A stretch of DNA of 64,000 bases. Origin: Tubulanus polymorphus. Lineage: Eukaryota > Animalia > Nemertea. Made by a program: the position numbers and the translations under genes. The notes beneath the pieces are model-generated. The model did not search any database. It saw only the letters and a program-made list of their open reading frames with translations, and was not told the DNA's origin. The DNA lies in NCBI RefSeq assembly GCF_964204645.1, contig NC_134028.1:19165653-19229652 (forward strand), read 5' to 3'. Numbering within the stretch: the first letter of the stretch is position 1; the number at the start of each line of letters is the position of its first letter. This document shows, one piece after another, positions 37,131-49,827 of this stretch.

Positions 37131-37540
37131 CAGTTCACTGCCGACAATATTTTGTGAAAGGTTTTACGAGGACAGGAATGTATTCATATAGTGCGTCTCA
37201 TTAATACTTAAGAGATACTGATGGAGAAAAATATCAGTTGGCACTACAGAAGCAGATCTATGTACATAATAAATTGTCTCAATTTTCCTCTAACTGTTGT
37301 GACACATTGCCGGTATTGTTTGTTATCTAATATCATTAACACCTGACAAATTATAGTTAAATATTTGTGAATTGAGTGTCTTTGTTTCTTTTTTGAGTTT
37401 TTTGTTGCATTTCACTAACTCAAAAGAACTAATTTTGCAGGCTTGTAGCTAATTGCGAACCTGGTTCCTAAACCAGGTTCTAAAAAACGAATCGCTGGGG
37501 GGAATAATGAAATGTTCACAATATCCGATGGTTCATAAGA

Positions 37541-38210
37541 GGCGCGTTCACTCGACGAAATTTAGACCGGTCTAGTTTAGACCAGACTAATTTGGCACGG
37601 TCTTAAAGAGCGAACCAGGTCCGGAGCAAATTTTGGACCGGTCTAAATACGCGTGTGTGGACAGAAACTGGTACCAGGTCCGGTCTAAATCGTAATTCTG
37701 AATCTCTGCGGTAGATGTCGCAACCTCTGCGGTAGAGTGTGAGTCCAGTTTATTAAGTTTTAAATGCTTTTATTATCGTTTATGTAATTATTTTTAAGTA
37801 CCCTTTTTCCTCCCTATTCAATGGAAATTTTTGGAGCGTAATTCGTATTCGTATATCGCGATCATCATCCGTTTTACTGCCGTGCTTTGATCCGTGTTTA
37901 AACGACACTTAGAGTTTCAGCGTGATAGAATAAAATCGAATTCGCAAAAATGTATAAACGTGACATAGGATCGAATTGGTCAAATGAATAATGTCTTGCT
38001 CTACTTGGAATCTGGAAGCAAGACTTCATCCAGGCGCAATTAATTATTTAGCAGATGGCGACATCTTGTGGGCCCGATGACAAGCGATTTTATCACCGCG
38101 TGTCAAAACGCCGTGTGAACGCTCACCAAAATTTGGTCCGGTCTATATTTGGACCGGGCCAGGTACGGACCCATTTAGACCGGTCTAACTAGTTTTCGTG
38201 TGAACGCGGC
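37541..38210. mobile_element. PIF/Harbinger-like MITE with subterminal GACCGGTC repeats
   Basis: GGCGCGTTCACTCGA... / ...TCGTGTGAACGCGGC|TTA; multiple TAGACCGGTCTA motifs at both ends. Confidence 0.6.
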
Positions 38211-39238
38211 TTAGATCATTGCCACTGAAACTGAAGATTCCATGTTTAGATCCATCTGAAATAAAGTGGCGTTCGCATGAGATTCTAGGAAGTACCGCAT
38301 AAACTTGTGCGGTGCCGAATTTGACAGAATATTTCTCAATATAATCAAGAATAGTCGTGTACGGTACAGGAAGATCGGCCGAGGAGTATGGATGATAGGT
38401 AACCGGGTAGCAAACACTGCTTGATAACGGCTGCCCCTACAGTATTTTGTTTTTTCATTGAATATACGCTTGGCTCACAACAGTAACTACAGGTCAAACA
38501 CAATTAAAGTTCCACAAAAACTACAAATTCATAAAAGTTTTCATATCAAATTCTGAAGTTATTATAAGTGGTTTAGTCATAATTGTAGTCATTATCTGCT
38601 TCAAATGACAATACCGTAATCCGACCTGCGTAGCATACGCCAATTGGTCCGTTAGATGATCGAAATATTTGACGGCGAGTTACCGATGCCTGTAGTTCAC
38701 ACCCTCCCCAAAAGAATCTGAAAAAATCACAAGGAGATTAACGCCGGCTTTCTGTTATTAGTAAGCCATGAACTCCCAGCGGGCAAATCCACGTAATTTG
38801 GAAACACCGATTTTGATGACGCAGCGGACTACACGGAACTGAGGCCTTTAAATAAACAAAGGCATAGGTATCGGGGTTTTCGGCGTCAAATAACTATAAA
38901 ACATTGATATTTGCGCAGTAGGGCTTAGTGATTTCACTATGTTCCTCCTCCAAACTAAAAATCTCCAGAGAAATTCAATTTCCAAATTGAACCAGTTTTG
39001 CACAGTTTGCCAATTATTGAATTTGCACAGTAGGTTCAGTAGTGTTGACTTTACGATAGAATATTCACAATCACAATTTACAATCATTATATTATTTATT
39101 CAAAACTATATTTAAACTTCCTGGCGGTATAACCCAAGTTCATGACAGGAGAGGACGGTGTCGACGGTCTTCCTGACGGTGTTTAGTATGACCGCTTCTA
39201 CTGTATTTGATCTTACCCTAACGACTTGGCCAAACAAT

Positions 39239-42200
39239 ATGGCGAACGGTGATAACATTTCGGCAGCGGGTAACGACATTTCCGCTAATGCCATCCTCCA
39301 GTCGAGTGCAAGGTTTCTAAACGTTATATCTGATGGCACCGGTAGCAAATTTCAACGTAAAAAAGCTCTTGAGGGGATCCGAAATGAAACGATCGATGCT
39401 TCAAACCCGATCGACGCTACGGTATTGCAAGCCGTTTTCTCCGAAATTTCTAGATCGCTTTTGTACTCATTTTCCGATCAAGCCGAAAAGAACCGAGAGC
39501 TGGCCATTCAATTAGAAACCGATTTTCTGATGAAGATTCCTGAACCGATTGAATTCCTACCAAGTATAATGCCTGTACTAGTGCAGCGGCTCGGACAACA
39601 AGATTTAGCCGAAGGGTCGGAAGAATTGCGTTTCCTGCTGATACAGTTGCTTTCCGTACTCATTAAACTCGGCGATCATCGAATTCACGTTTATCTCGAT
39701 GACTTTGTGCGGATTTTGATCCGAACAATCGTCGATCCGTATCCGGAGGTGAAGAAAGAAAGTTGTCGTTGTGCATCAAATTTATCGAAGAAATGTTCGA
39801 CACATTTTCACATGCAGTCTGAGGCATTGATTAAACCACTGTTACTGACTATGTCACACCAGCATTCCCGAGTCAGAACAGCTGCTGTTGAATGCCTAGG
39901 TGAGTGTTAAGTTTGCATGAGATGATGAAGGAAGTTCAGTGGATATGATGCCAATAGTATTCTTCGACTTCTTGTAACTACAGTCAACCCTCGGTATACT
40001 GCCTGTCTATTTAGCGCCACCCCCGCCACCACCAATACAGAGTAAAACACTCCCGATATACCGCCATACTCTCTATACCGCCAACATTAGTTCTGCACCG
40101 ATGTGGGCAGTATATGGGGGTTCACTGTATTCACGCTGTGGTTACCTGTACGTGACTGTACGGTGAATTCCACGGCACAGGTTAGCCATACGTGGGTAGG
40201 TTAGCGCAGTCATCCAGTGTATTACCCTACCCACTGAGCCACAGAACTCAACTACAGGGTTGATGAAAGTATAGGCCTATAGCCTCACCTAACCCTAACC
40301 CTATTCTTGCATGCATGCGCGTACGTAGTCATGTATGTGTAACCAATTCAAACTATTTTACCTATAGCATATTCTCATTGCCCACTCAGTGCTGGACCTA
40401 GAAATTTGAAGATGGCATCGAAGAGAAACTAAGATTTTTATATTCAAATTTGAACCCACCATCTACTGTGTGGTATTGTATCTGCATTTTTATGACTAAT
40501 GTCTATTTCAACTTGACTTGGGAGCACATCGGGTGGCCTAAAGTCTATTTATTTTTGATTGTACACGATCTTTTTGGGATATTTCGCTTGATTTTGGGTG
40601 TGCATACCTCAAATAGGTCTTAATCAAATCAGCAGAGTTGTGCAGCCCTGATAAGTTATCGTTTTTATATCCATATGCACCGAGTTGAAGGATTGGTGAA
40701 TATTCTCGAATCAAGCTTTAAATCGGCGAGAACGACCGCCATTTTGTTTTTGTTCTTTTATTTCTTTATGCAAATGAGTCATTGCACACATGTGCAATGA
40801 GGTGGGGATGCGTCAATTATATCATGGGGGATGAAGCAGCTTCTTGTCGCCAAGAGACCAATCAGCGACTCACAATATTAATTACCCTAGAAAGCTGTTT
40901 TAGTAAATAAACATGGCTTTGTCAAAGCTATCAAAACAATGCGGTTTGGAAATGATTTAGGCCTATGATAGCGCAACCATTGTGGTAGTGCCCGCGTAGT
41001 GAAACACGTGCGAGCAATGTGCTCTCCCCATAAGAAATAAACTTACCCAGATCACATGGTACACACTGCTCATTTGCATAAGAAGTAAACAAACTGGATC
41101 CAAATGGATCTGTCTTTCTTGCCGATTTAAAGCTAAATTTTTGAGAATATTCACCAATCCTTCCACTCGGTGCAAAATGGATATAAAACGATGATTTATC
41201 TGGACTGCAAAACTCTACTGATTCGATTAAGACCTATTCGAGGTATGTATGTAAAAAACTAAGCGAAATATCCCAAAAAGATTATGGACAATTAGAAATA
41301 AATAGACTTTTAGTTTTGTACATACCCGATAAAAGTCTTTTGGGACCAGAAAAGACTGGAAGTTGACCTAAAACATTGGTTTTTAATCCATCTTAAACTG
41401 AATTGAAGGATATCCTAAAAGTCTTCATTGATAGGAGTTGAAAAGAGAAAAGTGACTTGAATGATTTGAAAGTATAACAATATGTTTCCATGCCTACATA
41501 CCAAACTTCTGTTGGTAGACATGGAAACATATTGTTAAGCTTTCAAATAATGGCTCAGAGTCACTTTTCTCTCATGAAACCCTATCAGTGCAGATTTTTT
41601 GCTATCCTTCAATACAGTGAAGAATGGATTAATAATCAATGTTTTAGGTCAACTTCCAGTCCTTTCTGGCCCTTATAAGGACATCATTAAGGAATAGAAA
41701 TTTGTTCATCTCTGTTCAAGTATTGTCTGAAAAATATCCCACTTATTGTAGTTTTATTAAAAATGTTGTTGATTGTAGGTGATGTCATACAGAACGGTAA
41801 TGGTAAATCCGTTGATGATGTTGTGTCACATTTGGCTCAAAGATTATTTGATCAATCACCCGCTGTCCGGAAAGCTGTTACGCAAGTCGTTGGAGGATGG
41901 TTGTTAGATTTACGCGATCGTTACTCATTTCATCACAAATTGATTCCATTGTTACTATCGAGCATGAGCGATGATGTCATCGAAGTGCATGATATTACAA
42001 AGTCACTCTGGCATGACATTGGTCTGAAATATGAAGAAGAAAATGAAGATGACTTGAAAGATAAACAGGATTTTATGAAACCACCGCCAGCCCATTACCC
42101 TCCAACAGGTAAAATTTATGACTTATATATTCTATCGTTGTAATTATGAGGCATTCGACCAATAAATGCCTAAGACAGTGACTTACAAGCTCTCTTATAA

Positions 42201-45200
42201 GGTAAGTCCTCAAGATTTTTAGCCTCTTTGGGACTTTGGTCCAGCAGGCTTATTATGTTTGTTGTTCATCTATAGTACATTAGTCGGTTCATAGATGGAA
42301 TCCAGTTATTTTGGGAAGTTTTGAAAACACTTCAATCTTTTAGAACGATGACCACACTCAAACGTGGTGAACGGATAATAAGATAAAATCCCACTATTTA
42401 CAGATTAAAAGAATTTTAAAACAAGCATTTATTTATTAAATCTAAAATATTTAAAAGACACAACGTTTCGATCTCACCCTAGATATCATCGACACCTGAC
42501 GATGATCTCTAGGGTGAGATCGAAACGTCGTGTCTTTTAAATATTTTAGATTTAATAAATAAATTCTTGTTTTAAAATTCTTTTAATCTGTAAATAGTGG
42601 GATTTTATCTTACTTCAATCTTTTGTTCGAACTGGAGTTACACACCAAATCCAAAATATCTCTGCCTACAACTAGACTATGAAGTTATGGATATTACAGT
42701 GTATATTTAGGCCTACTCTTCATAGTTTAGTAAATTGATTGAGAAAAGAGTGATATTATTTATCATTGAAATGTAAAAGAGGGTTAAGCTTGGAAAATCC
42801 ACTTACGCGCTGCTAGTGTAGATAGAAACAACAGCAGATAGACTTGTTTACTAATTTTGTCTATAACAACATTAAATTGAAGGAAATGTAATTTATAGAG
42901 TGAAATGATATTTCAGAGATCTTATATTTTTTGTCTTTTTTTTTCAGTTGAGCGTCCAAATTTAGGCTGTCGTACACTGATGTTCCGACACGTATCAAAG
43001 ATTCTGCCAGCGTTAAGTCGTGATCTTGGTGATTGGGTTGTAAATACACGAATCAAAGCCTCGCAACTGATGTACCATCTGATACTGAATGCAGAGGAAT
43101 ACATTACACAACATTTGGAATTAGTATTGAATGCATTGTATAAGGCATGTTGTGATGAGGAAGTGGCTGTTAGAGCTAATGTAAGCAACAATCTTTCCAA
43201 AATTTACCAAATTAAGACTTAAATATGGATCCTATCAGAAAGATGGTTTCTTGAAATATCCTGACATTACTAATTATCATGGTGATAAATGGAGGATGTA
43301 ACTACTTGCTGTTATCTACAAGATATGTATAATGATTGATAGTAAATTAGGATTTCCTGATCATTAGACAGGAAATCATGTTGTAATTCCCTTGATTATC
43401 AGGGTCTTCTGCTTTTTTTGTAGAAAACCCACTTGTTATTCTGTTGAGAACTATTAACTGTAGTCTAGTACCTAGCCGTTGTTCATCAAACAACGTTTAG
43501 GGCCAAAGTGCATATATATAAGGTTAATTTTTGTCCCTCATTTTGAGGGACGAGGCTTTGAGCGTCTATTTCACCCCTTAAAATGCCATCAACTTACCTC
43601 AAACTGACTGTTCTGTAATCAGATGGAAGTTAACTATTGTTTGAGCATAAATTTGTAATCCTAAGAAGCTTTTGACGATCGTAGTAACTCAAAACTTGTG
43701 ACTAGTCTCCTCAAAAAATAGTTGAAGTGAAGCAACATTACAAATATGGCGGCTTTTCGCGTTGCATGATGGGAGGGTAAATTACGGATTTGGACTTTAA
43801 CTTGGACTGACACTGATGCCAATGCAGATGTTATTCTTGTTTCAAATTCTTAAGGTAAAATTCGCCAAAATTAATACATTTTATCAACAAAAAATCATAT
43901 TAAGAGTAATTTTAGAGAGACATATTGAATTTTTACATTTTATTAATTTTTTCCGTATTGGAAATCCCGATTGTGACAATCAATTCAATTCATATCAAAT
44001 CAATAAATTCTCTGGTTCCCGATTTAAATCATCAAAAATATTATTATAAAGCACGTTTTCAAAGTCAAAAAGGTAACTAATTAATTCATTTGAGTACAAA
44101 GGTTTGATTTGACACTGAAATCAGTTGTAACATTGCAAAAAACAGGAGTTAACCTCTATATGACAGTCTGGCGTCAGACATTGTAGAGAACTGTAACAAC
44201 GACTGGTATTAAGACTGTATTACCTGTTGATAACGATCATTTTCTTTCCCCCTTTTAGCCCAATTGCATTCACATTTCCTCCATCGCCAATCTGTTTATC
44301 TGTCCGGAAACAGTATCCAGTTACTTTGAGAAGTTTTGGAGACGCTTCGATCGTATTTGGCCAAAAACTGGCCTGGTCAGATTCAAGATGGCTGACTTGT
44401 TTGTCTAAGTCAGTACTTATTACACATTTTGAAGTTGACATGAGAAATTTTGAACATTATCGTGATCTTTTAAGTATGTTTGTATCCACATATGGTGCAC
44501 TAGCATGAGAAATTGGTCAATCGGACGCAAGATGGGCGTCCTGTGACTATTTTTGTGCCCAAAAAGGTCTTTTTGCCCTGCATTCCAAAACCTGTAGCTT
44601 TTGAATGGTTTGCCATTTTCCATTGAAATTCATGATTTATATACTTTTGAAAGGGATCTTAAACAAATCGGACAGATCTTTTGATCAATCAAGCGTGATG
44701 CAATCAGCAGCCATCTTCGTGTCATCAGTCCTCATTTGTAGGAAGAAAAAATTTTTTTGAGAAAAATATCGATAGGTTTCGTTTTATAGTCTTGATATTT
44801 GATATATGTTATCGCTGTCATAAGATTTATCTCATAAGATTATTGTAGAATTGGGGTGGCCCAGTTACTTGTTTGCCACCAGGGGCAGTTGAATATTGAA
44901 ATATGTACAATTTGCCTATTTATGTTGGTACTTATGGATATTTTATAACCACAATCAATTGCAAAATTGTAGCTCATGACATTCTATGATTGTTTTGAGT
45001 CTCTCGGTCATCAGAATGATATTGTAGATAGTCCCCAGGGGGCGTTAAATAACTGGATAACTTATTAGTATTTTCATATTGTATTGTTACCCAAGTATAT
45101 TTTATAACCACTATCAATTGCAGAATTGTCACTTGTGACATGTTCTATGAATGGGATGAGTATCAAGGTCATTGCTTTCTTAATATATTCACCAGGGGGT

Positions 45201-48200
45201 GTTGAATAGCCAAATAACTTAGTATTTTGTTATGGTATTGGTCCTTGGGCATATTTTGTAACCACACTCAATTGCTAAATTGTAGCTTGTGACATTTTCT
45301 ATGATTGCGGTCCGTTTCAAGGTCATTTCAATCTTAAATATGTTTGCCAGGGGCATTGAATATTGAAATTTTCTGATTATTGAGCATTTCAAACCACTTC
45401 CCCAAGTAGGCGTGGTGTCCCTTGACCCCTAGTGTCTTTGTGATAATACTTACCGTAATAGTAGCCTCATGCCCAAAGAACCTATGAGAATGATGTTTTG
45501 CTTAATGCTATCATACGATAGGCCTATGGCTCAAGGATAAAAATTTTTGCCTCATCATTTAAATCCAGGTCCAATGATGCATTATTTTTGAATTGAAGTT
45601 TTCCTGTTTTTATGTTTTGGTAGGTTTGTAAAGTGACAGAGTTACTAGGATATTTCGTGGAACCATCTGTTTGGGTTAAGGTTGTTTTACCAGCCATTCA
45701 GTCAAGCCAGTCTTACAATCATTTAATGGTTTTGACAGGAATAACTAGTGGATCTTCCAGCGATCAACTGATGCCATATTTTCGACTCATTGCTAAAACT
45801 ATTTCGTCACCGGATGTCTGTCACACCAGTTTGGTAAGTTTCAAAGTTCTCAGTAGGCCTCATAACATTGAGCGATGATACAGTTTACCTTGTTGGAGAA
45901 ATTTTTCCTAGAGAAATCCTGGAGTTGAAAAAGGAAGAAAAAGTTTTTCAATGTATCACCCAAATATTCAGTCTGCCTCTCATATGTTTAACTTAACAGT
46001 TTAGACTAAGAGTCATTTTACCCTTGGTTATTGATAATGTTGTAATTAAGAGAAAGTAATTATCAAACTAAGGAAACTTGAAAATATTTATTTTCTATTG
46101 CAAGATGCACAATTTTTATACTGGCGCATTATTTTCAATGAGCCTTATTTCCAACACGGACACAATTTTTGTGTCAATTCACTGGTGAATTAGACAGTGT
46201 CGTTATTGATTGGATCTTTGGTCCAGTTCATCAAGTATCAAACTCACCAGAAGCCATTTTGTGTTTTCCATAATCCTGGCTAAAACTCTACACAAGTTGA
46301 CATAAGCTCAGAGCATATTATACACTTAAGCGTCATGTCAGGCATACGTCATCTGCAGCAACATTCTTCTCACATTTTTGTTTTGGTTTCCAGAATTCTG
46401 TACATAGCCAGTTATTATCGTGTGTTGATGGTTTGATGTCAGTTTTTAAAGACTCGAGCACTGAGCAGAGTTATCCACTATTCTGTGTTTTAATAGCAGT
46501 TTCTGCTTTGTGTCTTGAACAAGATATATTCATTGAGGTAAGTATTGACAATTTTAGTGAATTTTAGATCAGCTGAGGATGTTCTTAAGCCTAGCGTACA
46601 TCGACACTGCGATTAAAGTCAACTAGTTGCTGGGCAGTTTTCAGAGCATGAGATGAGAGGAACTGGCTGGATACAATCAGTTGCTCGAATTTGTCAATTT
46701 GCGCTAGCTTACGACTGGTTAGCGTCCATCTACCTCCAGGTCCACTACTTTTGAGCAACTAGTTGTGCTCAGTTACTGTCATATCCCTCGATGTGAGCCC
46801 CCAATAATCAATAACACATGGCGCAACTGACTAAAACAAAGCAATTTGTCACGTGACTTGAGATACCCTCAAGAACATTTGCTAGATAACACATTTCAGT
46901 TATGGACCTAGCAACTGGCATGAGCCACGCAGTTGTACGCTAAGCTTTAAACTCCTCAAAACAGCAGATGGTCTTAATGATGGTGTACAGTAGAACTCGC
47001 TTAGTTGCGACTTTTCAATCCGGATTTTCACTTAATTCGGATGATATATTTGGTTCATTTAAGCTGGAACTATCTAAATCATAATTCAGATTTTATCTAA
47101 TTCAAATAAATCTTGGCAGTTCCTGGTCATCCGAATTAAGTGAGTTCTACTATATCTAGGAAATTGAGGCGAGAAAAAATAGGCACTTATTTAGGGGTAG
47201 GCTTCCCACCTTTTATTACTAGTTTTATATTGTGAATAAGAGTGGACTTAGAGAAACCTGGTCTCATTTGAATACCGGTGTTTTTCTTCCTACAGTGCCA
47301 GAGAGTTCTCAAAAGCCTCGCAGATCTTCACCAGTTCGACAGTTTGCAAATGCTCTACACTTTACATATGAAAGAATTGATAACCGAATATCAACAGAGT
47401 CACAATAATTGGACAAGTCTTTCTTTAGAACGAGCTATATTCGATAAAGTTCTATTAGATTCAGGTAAATTCTATTGTATTTCTGATGATTGGCTTCATG
47501 ATGCACCGCTTATACTTACAGAACAGTTTCCATTTATAACATATGAAGAAAATTCCATCTACTACCTGACATCTTTTACCTCTTTGTTTTATTTCTAGGA
47601 CCAGTTGTTGGTGATTTTCTTGATGACATAATGCCGATATTTGTAGCTTGTCTTCACAACAAGAAAGATCCGGAAATAAGACTAAAATTTTTCACCCTTC
47701 TCTCAAAACTAGTGAATAATTCAACGAATAGCATCGATTCAAAAGACAAGTAAGATTGAGGTTGCATTGGTTTATTGTGTATGTTGGGAGGGGAGGGGAC
47801 GTTTCTGGTAAATTGCATACATTGACAGTCATTCGGAGGGGGTCAATTATGTGAACTTTGTATTAGTTGAATAATGATAAACCGAAAGTTAAAATTTAAT
47901 TTGAGTTTATTTTAAGTTTAAATTGGATTTCGGGGGCGGATGCAGGGTGTTGCATCCACGACACATGCGACCCCTTAAATTTGTCTGTGCCCTTAGGCCT
48001 ATCTGAAATATTGACTGCCAGGGGTCCAACAAAAAGTAAAGCCCAAGAGCTTTTGCTCAAGGGGTCCAAATTGAGCCAATGATCTGCATCATTTTCACCT
48101 AATAGTGTTCTTCTTTTCATTATAGATTTAGTTTGTATGCTGGTATTGTAGTAGAACAGATGGTAATGCCCAATTGTATTTGGAAAGCCGGTAAAACTGC

Positions 48201-49827
48201 TGGCGCCATACGTACTATAGCTGTAGCGTGTCTGTGGACTTTGTTCAAAAGCCGAGTTCTCAGTAAAGAGACTGTAAGTTTTATCAAATTATCACATTGT
48301 TTTACACTCCTACATGTGATGAAATTCACTTTGAGCTTGAAGCCGATCTATGTCAATTCAAATTAAATTTGGGTTTAGTGCCTGTTCGAACCTTATGATT
48401 TCGAAGGTAACTTTGAGGGTCAGATCGCGATATATTATGTTAACATAGTTGTACCAGTCATCATATATTAGGTTTGAATCCCGACAATCGACAAATTATT
48501 TCATTTCAATAATTCCCTTTAATCTGTATATCAAGCCTAGATGTTTTGAGATAGAAAACCTGTAAATGCTGCTTTGCAGCTATATTAATAGCTATTATTA
48601 TATCTAATAATCCTTATTATCATTGTCACACTGAATTACCGGTAGTTATATGCATTAATTGAGGGTTGAATTTTTGGGTTGAATGTGAGAAATGGTCTCC
48701 CCATATCAGTGCTGTAGAAAGGAAAATTTCTTTGCTACAATATTATGCTATAATCATAAGTTTACTAGTTTTCAATTTTCAATTCACTTTGATAATCATT
48801 TTTAAGATATTCAATTTTTTTTGTTTTAGATTGAACCTATGGTAAATCAACTTTTGACTCAACTTATTTCACTGTTAGATGATACCAACCACACTACGAG
48901 ATTGACTGCCAGTCATACATTGACACGTCTATTTTCAACAATGGCTGGTTCTTTAGATATGGACATTGTGCACAACATGTACCCGGAATTATTGAAACGT
49001 TTAGACGACAGTAAAGATGACATACGTCTGGCCATATGTGATACATTTAATGCATATTTTGGTTGTTTCCAAAATAATTATGATGTCGGGCTTTACAAGG
49101 CTCATATTGAAGCCATATACAGAGGTTTGCTAGTTCATATGGATGACCCGGAACCCAAAATTCAACAGGCTGTATTTGGTAAGAATCCAGAAATAGGATA
49201 TTTAATGTCTATTTCAACTTAGCTTGAGAGGACATCGGGTGGCCTAGCTCAGCTGAACTAAAACATTGATTAATCCATTTCACACACAGAAGGATTGCCA
49301 AAAAGTGTTCTTTGAATGCGGTTAAAAAGAGATACATGACTCCATCAATAAAAACGGCTTAAAAATCAATGTTTTAGTTCAGCTGCCCATCCATTCTGCT
49401 CCTTTTAAGACCTTTATTAGGCATGTACTACTAAAACTGACTGAGCTATAGGCCACCCAACATCCTCTCAAGCAAAGTTGAAATATATATTGGGATTTAA
49501 TCCAATAGTTTTTGGAAGGAAGCACATTCTTACAGTGCGGTGGTTATATATTATAATTCAGTCTTGAAAATTTTTAAGAAAATTTTAGGCTGTTAGAACT
49601 TGAATTCCATGATAACCTGGTATCCACTCCCACTGAATTTATTCTGATTCATTGTTTTGTTATTTCTTGTAGATGTTTTGAAAATTGCTGCTAGTATTCA
49701 TCCACCTTTGCTGAAAATTGAAACAGAGAATGTTAAGTACAAGCATCGTACATCGAAATTTTGTGATGAATTAATCATCCACATAGAGAAACTACGATTA
49801 GAATACGTTAACTCGAATAACAGTTGA
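39239..49827 (+). CDS. DNAAF5: Dynein axonemal assembly factor 5 (HEAT repeat-containing protein 2), 10 exons, ~849 aa
   Basis: Exons 39239-39899, 41779-42108, 42948-43180, 45624-45833, 46394-46537, 47296-47464, 47599-47749, 48126-48273, 48830-49178, 49673-49827; all GT-AG, total 2550 nt in frame. Hallmark segments: [94 protein letters not shown]. Confidence 0.93.
39981..40127. mobile_element. Tc1/mariner-pogo-like MITE
   Basis: TA|CAGTCAACCCTCGGTATACTGCC ... GGCAGTATATGGGGGTTCACTG|TA. Confidence 0.6.
40540..41311. mobile_element. Long-TIR foldback MITE nested in a repeat related to 49203-49490
   Basis: ~200-bp inverted arms (AAAGTCTATTTATTT..CTTTTTGGGATATTTCGCTT / AAGCGAAATATCCCAAAAAG..AAATAAATAGACTTT). 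Confidence 0.65.
42342..42611. mobile_element. Penelope-like/retrozyme-like palindromic insertion with 13-bp TSD
   Basis: Near-perfect palindrome 42379-42612; ACTTCAATCTTTT duplicated at 42329-42341 and 42612-42624; hammerhead at the centre, AATAAA at 42554. Confidence 0.7.
42491..42534 (+). ncRNA. Minimal type I hammerhead ribozyme
   Basis: GACAC-CTGACGA-T-GATCTC-TAGGGT-GAGATC-GAAA-CGTC^GTGTC: stem I GACAC/GTGTC, core CUGANGA, 6-bp stem II, GAAA, palindromic ACGT stem III, GUC cleavage triplet (cut after 42529). Confidence 0.7.
43461..44217 (+). mobile_element. TAG...CTA family B element (Academ-like), 9-bp TSD
   Basis: TAGTCTAGTACC...GGTATTAAGACTG; flanks TATTAACTG / TATTACCTG (1 mismatch); homologous to 58826-59171 and 6649-7060. 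Confidence 0.7.
44254..45440 (+). mobile_element. DINE/HINE-like element with internal ~156-bp tandem units
   Basis: TTTTAGCCCA start; CCAGGGGG..TTGAATA units at ~44878, 45034, 45191 and 45346; 3' ACCACTTCCCCAAGTAGGC..GGTGTCC end shared with 13399-13440; related units at 12600-12760, 54770-55080 and 60120-60500. Confidence 0.55.
46587..46947. mobile_element. MITE
   Basis: TIRs AAGCCTAGCGTACA / TGTACGCTAAGCTT in TTAA-like flanks. Confidence 0.5.
46988..47152. mobile_element. Tc1/mariner-pogo-like MITE
   Basis: TA|CAGTAGAACTCGCTTA ... TAAGTGAGTTCTACTA|TA. Confidence 0.6.

Noticed and set aside
38760-38845. ZNF143-like or X-box motifs in the DNAAF5 promoter
   Set aside because: Only partial matches (ACTACA, TCCCAG, GGAAAC); too weak to call.
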